From assembly GCA_044225505.1 (NCBI GenBank), contig JBGAIN010000086.1, forward strand, positions 1 through 33,519: a stretch of DNA of 33,519 nucleotides. The letters are read 5' to 3'. How positions within the stretch are numbered: the stretch's first letter is position 1; each line of letters starts with the position of its first letter. This document shows positions 27,343 to 33,519 of the stretch, one piece after another. Source of the stretch: Limisphaerales bacterium (GTDB lineage Bacteria; Verrucomicrobiota; Verrucomicrobiia; Limisphaerales; SIBE01). The notes beneath the pieces were generated by a model, which saw nothing but the letters and a program-made list of their open reading frames with translations, had not been told where the DNA came from and made no database searches. Position numbers and translations under genes: made by a program.

Positions 27343-27544
27343 GAGAGTCATTGTTGTTATTGGCTCAGACGTGGAAAACGACGCTTCCATTCAACGGCGG
27401 CTTTTGGGAGTCGAGTTCCTAATGGATACGCTTATAGGGCAACGAATAGTATCAGCTGCTGAGGCAACATCGCGCAAGCGGCAAGCGGCTCGGATCGCGA
27501 TCTGCTCGCACTTCTGACCCGGTCCATTAACGTTCTCGCAGCGG

Positions 27545-28870
27545 TTACGCCGATTTCAAGAATGGCAAACTCCACGGAGCCCGATAGCGAGGCGCCAGGA
27601 GACGATTCGCCTCCACGTCGTCTTTGATGCGCTCGTTCTCGTGATCCCAAACGAGCTTGCGTCCGGTGCGAAGCGCCAAATTGCCCAGATGTGCAACGGT
27701 GGAAATGTGGTGACCGACGGTCAAGTTCTCGACAGGTTGCTGGCGCGATTTAACGCAGTCGAGAAAGTTGCGAACGTGAGCAGGGCGGGGGTCGACTCCG
27801 GCAGGCATCTTTTTGGGCTCGAGAGAGGCTTTTCGATGTTCGACCAGGATCTGAGCGCCTTCATCGTTGATGACAAGAGTACCCTCAGTCCCTACGAAAG
27901 CCATTCCCCAAGCACGGTTGTAGAGGCCCTGGCCGACACCGACTTTGTGTTCCCATACCATGGTGTATGAAGGAAATTCATAGACGGTGATCTGTGTATC
28001 CGGCGTTTCTGTATTGTCTTGGAGCACATATTTACCACCGCTTGACATGACCGCTTGGGGCGGTTCAGAGCCCATCCCCCACAATAGCACTTGGAGAAGG
28101 TGTACCCCCCAATCGGTCATCAAGCCGCCTGCATAGTCCCAGAACCACCGGAAGTTAAAGTGGAACCGGTTTGGGTTAAACGCTCGCTGTCGCGCGGGTC
28201 CAAGCCACATTTCGTAATCAACCCCCGCTGGAGGGGAGGTATCCCCTGGATTTCCTACCGGCTGAATCCAATCCAGGTAAGCCCAAGCGCGGACGAGACC
28301 GACTTTGCCAAGTTGCCCCGATTTCACAAAATCAATCGCTTCGGCATAGGTGGGACTGCTACGACGTTGCGCACCCATTTGGACAATCCGCTGGTGGGCT
28401 TGGGCCGCGTTGAGCATGGCACGCCCTTCCGGAATCGTTGTCGCGAGAGGTTTCTCAACGTAGACGTCCTTACCCGCCTGGCATCCAAGAACGGTTGGGA
28501 GCGCATGCCAATGGTCTGGAGTTGCGACCAAGAGGACATCGACATCGCTGCGATCCAGCACACGGCGAAAATCTTTTACGGTATCTGGCTGCCGGCCCCG
28601 TTTATTTTCGACGAGTTGAGCCGCCTCTTTCAGATGCCCGTCATCGATATCGCAAACCACGGGACAGTCCACTTCCTCATTCAGGAAAAATGTGGCCAAG
28701 TCGCCTTTGCCCATTCCGCCACAGCCGATAAGGCCGACTCGGACCCGGTTACTTGGCGCGGCGGCGCGTAGGCGGCCACTCCAGAGCCCTCCAACCAGCG
28801 GCATGCTGGCGGCCAGAGTTGTGCTTTGTAGGAAATGACGGCGCGACATGAACTTTCGATGAGCGTTCAT
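27545..28870 (-). CDS. Tat-exported Gfo/Idh/MocA oxidoreductase
   Basis: Tat motif SRRHFL; GLIGCGGMG, ATPDHWH, YVEKP, WLGPA, DWGVH. Confidence 0.93.
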   Translation of the reverse strand: MNAHRKFMSRRHFLQSTTLAASMPLVGGLWSGRLRAAAPSNRVRVGLIGCGGMGKGDLATFFLNEEVDCPVVCDIDDGHLKEAAQLVENKRGRQPDTVKDFRRVLDRSDVDVLLVATPDHWHALPTVLGCQAGKDVYVEKPLATTIPEGRAMLNAAQAHQRIVQMGAQRRSSPTYAEAIDFVKSGQLGKVGLVRAWAYLDWIQPVGNPGDTSPPAGVDYEMWLGPARQRAFNPNRFHFNFRWFWDYAGGLMTDWGVHLLQVLLWGMGSEPPQAVMSSGGKYVLQDNTETPDTQITVYEFPSYTMVWEHKVGVGQGLYNRAWGMAFVGTEGTLVINDEGAQILVEHRKASLEPKKMPAGVDPRPAHVRNFLDCVKSRQQPVENLTVGHHISTVAHLGNLALRTGRKLVWDHENERIKDDVEANRLLAPRYRAPWSLPFLKSA

Positions 28871-29055
28871 GAAACTCGAATCTAATCATTGATGTCGAAT
28901 AGTCGAGGATATCCTGGTTTACTGAACGCCGGGTTTTCGCGGAGCAACTGCTGTAGCGGACGGGAAAGGCGACCATAACGTTGAGGTGGGGCCGTTGATA
29001 GGGTTGTGGCAGTCCGCACTTGATTGCGGCGCGTGGTTTGCCTACAACGCCTGTC

Positions 29056-29982
29056 ATGTCAGTGACTGACGCTCGAGCAGAAGCATCTCAACGGAAGCTA
29101 TCGGAGCTACAGGATTACCTGCATAGCCAATCCGAGGCTGTCAACGAAGCCCTGGATCGGTCTCTCCCAAAGGCATCAACGAAACCGCAGACGATTCATA
29201 AAGCCATGCGCTATAGCCTATTTGCCGGGGGCAAGCGCATGCGGCCAGCACTCTGTCTGGCGGCCGCGGAAGCGTGTGGCGGAAGACTCCAAGCCGCCAT
29301 GCCGTTCGCTTGCGCGGTAGAATGCATTCATACCTATTCGCTGATCCATGACGATCTGCCAGCCATGGACAATGACGATTATCGTCGCGGGAAGCTGACG
29401 AGTCATAAGGTCTTCGGGGAAGGTATTGCAATTTTGGCCGGAGATGCACTACTAACACAGGCGTTCGAAATCGCTGCTTCGGCCGAATCGACGCCCCGTT
29501 ACTCGCACCGAACTCTTATCCTGGAATTGACTCGAGCGTCAGGCTCGTTGCAGCTGATCGCCGGACAGGTCGCCGACCTCGAAAATGAAGGGAAACGCAT
29601 TTCCGCCAGAGAACTTCGGTTCATTCACGAACGAAAGACTTCCGCGCTATTGTGTTGTGCCGTTCGACTGGGTGGCATGAGCGCCAACTGCACGCCTATG
29701 CAGCTGAAAGCCTTGACCGAGTTCGGATATCATGTGGGACTGGCGTTTCAGGTCATCGACGACATTCTGGACGTCACGCAAAGCAGCGAGCAACTCGGCA
29801 AGACTGCTGGTAAAGACGCCGCCGCGCAGAAAGCCACCTACCCGGCCATCGTTGGGTTAGAACGTTCCCGTGCCATTGCTCGTCAACTGACCGGGCGGGC
29901 GTTCGCGGCTTTGCGCCCTTTTAAGCGCAAAGCAACTTCGCTGGAAATGCTAGCGAAGTTCCTCCTCGAAAGAAAAAGCTAG
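29056..29982 (+). CDS. ispA: Polyprenyl (farnesyl/geranylgeranyl) diphosphate synthase
   Basis: GGKRMRP, SLIHDDLPAMDNDDYRRG (FARM), AGDALL, GQVAD, KT, FQVIDDILD (SARM), GKTAGKD, KATYP. Confidence 0.93.
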   Translation: MSVTDARAEASQRKLSELQDYLHSQSEAVNEALDRSLPKASTKPQTIHKAMRYSLFAGGKRMRPALCLAAAEACGGRLQAAMPFACAVECIHTYSLIHDDLPAMDNDDYRRGKLTSHKVFGEGIAILAGDALLTQAFEIAASAESTPRYSHRTLILELTRASGSLQLIAGQVADLENEGKRISARELRFIHERKTSALLCCAVRLGGMSANCTPMQLKALTEFGYHVGLAFQVIDDILDVTQSSEQLGKTAGKDAAAQKATYPAIVGLERSRAIARQLTGRAFAALRPFKRKATSLEMLAKFLLERKS

Positions 29983-30004
29983 GCTACCTCAGCACGGCTT
30001 CGAT

Positions 30005-30901
30005 TCAATCCAGCACCAATTGCTGCGCTGTCCAGGCCGATCCGACAGCACCGGCGAAGTCACCCAGCTCGGCCGGACGAATTTCGACGCGACGGCCGCC
30101 AGGCCGCCATTCAACTTGGTCTAGCCATTCGGCGAGAGGATCAAACAGGGCCGCCCCGGCGCGAGCAATACCTCCGCCAATCACAATCACTTCTGGGTCC
30201 AGGACATTAATCAATGAGGTGAGTCCACAGGCCAGACCTTGCACCGACTTCAGCCAAACACGGGTGGCCTCGGCATCTCCGCGCAAGTGGGCATCAATGA
30301 GTCGATGCGTCGATTCAAAACGCCCGGCGGATCGCTCCCGCAACGAGTAGTTCCCAATCATGTATTCCAAACTCCCAGGAACCCTTGTGATTCCCGGTGG
30401 ACCATCTGGATCCAGGCAGATATGTCCGATGTGACCCGCGCGGCCGATCGCACCACGAAGCAGTCGACCATCGACCATTGCCGCTCCTCCAACGCCTGTC
30501 CCCAAAGTCACCATGATCACATTCCTCATGCCGGCGGCAGCTCCAACGCTTGTCTCACCGACCAGGGCCGCGTGAGCGTCATTTAAAACTGGGACCAACG
30601 TTGGCACTCCGAAAAAGGTCGTCCAGTCTAGGCCCTCAAGCCCCGGCAGACGCCCCGGCATAAATGCAATGGACCGGCGATCGTGAGCGGCCAAGCCTGG
30701 TGCGGAGATTCCAATGGCCGCGGGTGGAGACGCGAACTCGACGTGGAATTCGCGGACGAGTTCGCGAATTCTTGCGGCCCACTCCATCTCCTGTTTCACC
30801 GAAAACTCGGCTGTTTGACGCTTTTGAATCTCACCTCCGATCGATAAAGCAACTGCCTTAATGCTGGATCCACCAAGGTCAAGTCCAAGCAAGTAGCTCA
30901 T
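30005..30901 (-). CDS. ROK family sugar kinase
   Basis: GLDLGGS, APG, NDAHAA, TLGTGVGG, AGHIGH, VIGGGI, AGAVG; ATG at 30901. Confidence 0.9.
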   Translation of the reverse strand: MSYLLGLDLGGSSIKAVALSIGGEIQKRQTAEFSVKQEMEWAARIRELVREFHVEFASPPAAIGISAPGLAAHDRRSIAFMPGRLPGLEGLDWTTFFGVPTLVPVLNDAHAALVGETSVGAAAGMRNVIMVTLGTGVGGAAMVDGRLLRGAIGRAGHIGHICLDPDGPPGITRVPGSLEYMIGNYSLRERSAGRFESTHRLIDAHLRGDAEATRVWLKSVQGLACGLTSLINVLDPEVIVIGGGIARAGAALFDPLAEWLDQVEWRPGGRRVEIRPAELGDFAGAVGSAWTAQQLVLD

Positions 30902-31022
30902 TGAACTGAGAATAACGGGCGCGACGGGTTCCGTCCACTTCTCCGGCCTCATTCGTGAACGTCCAACCCATCGATCGGGCATCACACTTTCAAAGGTGCC
31001 GTCTTGCCGCTGATCTGGCGAA

Positions 31023-32804
31023 TCATTGCGAACTGGAGTCGCTTCGAGTGATGGTGAAACGGAAGAACTGAGCGGAGGAAGTTTCCGCTCGGCCGAATCG
31101 GACTTGGCCAGCAGCTTGATCGACAATGGCGCTGAGCTCTGTCAAAGGTTTCCAGATGCCTCGCGGATCGGCCGCAGTTTCGATCGTGACCCCATTAAGC
31201 GGCGACCATTGAATCACCAATTCGTCGAGAATCCTTTGGATTCGAAGTTCAGGTTTGACAATCCGGACCGAGCAACGCGAGACGGCGATTAATCCAGCGC
31301 TGTCCTGAACCACGACGGTCAATTCGAAGCTCGCTCCGTCCGAGTTACCAGGAGTGATCGTGACGGTGCGAGTCAAAGCGGTGCCTTCTACCGTAACGAG
31401 CGATCTGAACTCGGGAGGATCCACCAGAATGTTTATTTGAAGGGAATCGTCCTCCGCATCTTGCGCCTGAAAAGTCCAACTGCGCGATTCGGTGGGCAAA
31501 ACGTCCAACTGAGTTGGAACCCCCTGCATCGTAGGTGGGGTGTCCTCCGACACAATTCGGACAATGATATCCTGAGTGAACTGAACGTCATCAAGAACCG
31601 CCGTCAGTCTCAAAGTCGCTTCGCCTTGTCGCCCAGGGATCGGATAGACAGCGAACTGACGGGTAGCTCCGATGCCACCAACGAATATCGATTCTGTCGT
31701 GACCAGCTCTGGATTGAGCGATCTGGCCATCAGTACGACTCTGTTCGCCGCCGTCGGGTCTGCCGTGAAAACTCGCACGGTCTGAACGGGGATTTCCACG
31801 CCGACCTTGGTGAGCAACACTTCTGGTGCATCAAAGGAAAGCCATGGATCCTGAATTCCAATTTCGACCGAACGACTCGCGATCTGGCCGTTGGCGTCAG
31901 TCACGCGAATCGTTGCCGTGGCGTTTCCTGTCTGACCGTAGACCGCTTCCGCGCTCAGCACGAAGGTGCCAACATCCAACGGATGCTCTCCAACGGAGAC
32001 CTTCAAAAGCCTCTCATCCGACGACTCCGCCACGAATTGAAGTAATGGAGGCGGAGTATCTGTGCCACTCACGGCAAACTCGAGAGTCAGAGGCCGATTC
32101 CACGCTACCGTGCTCCGAGGGAGAGAGCTGATGGTTAGATCTCCAGCACTTGGTTTGCGCGGTGTGATCAGCAGCGCCGCCGATCGGCTGAACGTGGCCC
32201 CATCGGCATTCTGAATCACAGCTAGATAAACCCCAGAATCGGCGACGCTCGCATTCGAAATGGCTAGGCTCGCGGAGTGCTCCTCGGATAGGAGCGTGCC
32301 ATTCCGCAGCCACTGATAGCTCATCGGTGTTAAACTCTCCGCCTCTACGTTCAATTTAACCGAGCTCCCCTCCAATTCCGTCTGATCAACTAGATCCTTC
32401 GTAAGTGATGGAATCGTTGCTGACACCGCGTTGTTCGTGAGGTCGGTCGGCACTGTGTAATTTAGCATTCCTGTGGCCGTGCTTTCACTCCCAGACGTGT
32501 CGACAGCAGTCACGAAAAAGAAGTAACGGCTGCCAGGAACGAGCCCTCCCACCGTTGCTGTCGTTGTTCGACCAAATTCGAGGCGGATTGGCTGAATTTC
32601 GACTTCGCCCAGGTAGAGGTTATAACCGGTGATATTTAGGTCAGGGCTTGGGTCCCATTCGAGCGTGACCCTAGCACCAGCTCTGCAGCAGGGAACGAAG
32701 GCCGCTAGCACGCATAGCAGCACGACCGTAAAGAAAACGGCCTTCCGGCTGCGCGCCCGGAATTGAAAGCAACGTTGAACATCCAAACAACTAAAGCACT
32801 TCAC
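31023..32804 (-). CDS. Exported fibronectin type III + immunoglobulin-like repeat protein
   Basis: Signal-like RKAVFFTVVLLCVLAAF; FN3 (LEWDPSPD..GYNLY...LVPGSRYFF.VTA); Ig I-set-like (SYQWLRNG...DSGVY); three further Ig/cadherin-like repeats. Start codon uncertain (GTG 32804 used). Confidence 0.8.
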   Translation of the reverse strand: MKCFSCLDVQRCFQFRARSRKAVFFTVVLLCVLAAFVPCCRAGARVTLEWDPSPDLNITGYNLYLGEVEIQPIRLEFGRTTTATVGGLVPGSRYFFFVTAVDTSGSESTATGMLNYTVPTDLTNNAVSATIPSLTKDLVDQTELEGSSVKLNVEAESLTPMSYQWLRNGTLLSEEHSASLAISNASVADSGVYLAVIQNADGATFSRSAALLITPRKPSAGDLTISSLPRSTVAWNRPLTLEFAVSGTDTPPPLLQFVAESSDERLLKVSVGEHPLDVGTFVLSAEAVYGQTGNATATIRVTDANGQIASRSVEIGIQDPWLSFDAPEVLLTKVGVEIPVQTVRVFTADPTAANRVVLMARSLNPELVTTESIFVGGIGATRQFAVYPIPGRQGEATLRLTAVLDDVQFTQDIIVRIVSEDTPPTMQGVPTQLDVLPTESRSWTFQAQDAEDDSLQINILVDPPEFRSLVTVEGTALTRTVTITPGNSDGASFELTVVVQDSAGLIAVSRCSVRIVKPELRIQRILDELVIQWSPLNGVTIETAADPRGIWKPLTELSAIVDQAAGQVRFGRAETSSAQFFRFTITRSDSSSQ

Positions 32805-33125
32805 CGACTTTTGTTGGGGTCTCTCCAATGGGCCAACCTGCTCCTGATGACGAGTAATAATCGCAGGCCCTCCAGCTTTCCGCCGGATCTCCAATGATCC
32901 TAGCTGTTGAAATCCAATCGGCAGACCGCCATCCGCTCGCCTCTGAAAGTTTCGTTAACTCTGTCTTCCGTGGTGGAGCTGGCACGCACCAACCGTCCAC
33001 AGCCGCCAGCATCGCTCGCCTGAACCAGCCATGTCAATGGCTTAGTTTTAAATGCAAGCGGCCGACAGATGCGGCACGTCGGGGGATGGAAATCCGCGGG
33101 CGCGAGCCCGGCGAATTGGGGCCAG

Positions 33126-33519
33126 CTAAGGCTTTAACGTTAATATCAGTGTGGGATCCATAGGAAAGCGGCCGAACTTCTCTCCGTATATTGCCAATCC
33201 GCCAGGCAGACTCGCATCCACTTCGAGACGAATCACGAACTCCTTCGAGGTCGATGCCTGGCGCAGAGCCGCTTCTGAACAAACCGCTCGAACAAGGGCA
33301 CCGTACGATCCGGCCTCACGTAGGTGTTTGTCTCGCTTTTGATAATGCCATGAAAGGATGCCCCGATGATCTGCCGGATCGTCCGCTAGATCGAACTGTC
33401 CTGCTGAATCGCCACAAATCCGGACCTTGACGGAACTCGGAAATGTCTCGATGTCCGTCATGGGATAGGCGTTTGGATTCAAACTCGGATCATGGGTTCC
33501 TTTGCCGAGCATATAATCC
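33126..33519 (-). CDS. 3' end of a gene starting beyond the window, probably a GH2-type glycoside hydrolase C-terminus
   Basis: Frame open to the window end (DYMLGKGTHDPSLNPNAYPMTD...DDPADHRGILSW...GSYG...GGLAIYGEKFGRFPMDPT). Family assignment is from recall of similar C-termini. Confidence 0.6.
   Translation of the reverse strand, partial: DYMLGKGTHDPSLNPNAYPMTDIETFPSSVKVRICGDSAGQFDLADDPADHRGILSWHYQKRDKHLREAGSYGALVRAVCSEAALRQASTSKEFVIRLEVDASLPGGLAIYGEKFGRFPMDPTLILTLKP

Noticed and set aside
29980..29982. Genome-wide TAG reassignment
   Set aside because: ispA ends at TAG at a normal-looking C-terminus, and readthrough would run into the convergent ROK gene.
30902..31126. N-terminal extension of the ROK ORF
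   Set aside because: It overlaps the FN3 gene end, has no HTH pattern, and the ROK fold begins at MSYLLGLDLGG.
1..33519. CRISPR array, tRNA/rRNA, IS element, prophage or defence island
   Set aside because: I saw no regularly spaced repeats, cloverleaf or rRNA signatures, transposase, integrase or phage genes. The SWIM-SNF2 gene has no defence-type neighbours.

Overview
A GC-rich bacterial chromosomal segment, most likely Verrucomicrobiota. That assignment is inferred from the MRRPKGIKTRK N-terminus of L35, the lamin-tail/CotH giant protein and the exported-protein tails. It contains a housekeeping operon, rpmI-rplT-pheS-[alkaline-phosphatase-superfamily gene]-pheT, with no infC upstream, followed by a SWIM/SNF2 helicase. 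Carbohydrate and envelope genes include GH95, an alpha/beta-hydrolase esterase, a GDP-mannose 3,5-epimerase-like SDR, a Tat Gfo/Idh/MocA oxidoreductase, a ROK kinase and a probable GH2 3' end; ispA is also present. An exported-protein cluster holds a Cys-motif hypothetical, an FGE-sulfatase-domain lipoprotein, a ~2240-aa LTD/CotH/beta-helix protein, a repeat lipoprotein and an FN3/Ig protein. Notable points: (1) two genes (SNF2 helicase, nucleotidyltransferase) are each split by a single in-frame TAG; (2) two sigma-54-type promoters precede a small unannotated helical protein and the giant CotH protein; (3) an exported phosphatase-like gene is translationally coupled inside pheS-pheT; (4) a ~130-nt rod-like candidate RNA lies upstream of rpmI; (5) two exported proteins share a C-terminal tail that may be a sorting signal. 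I found no tRNA, rRNA, CRISPR array, transposase, integrase or reverse transcriptase. All calls come from reading motifs; no searches were run.
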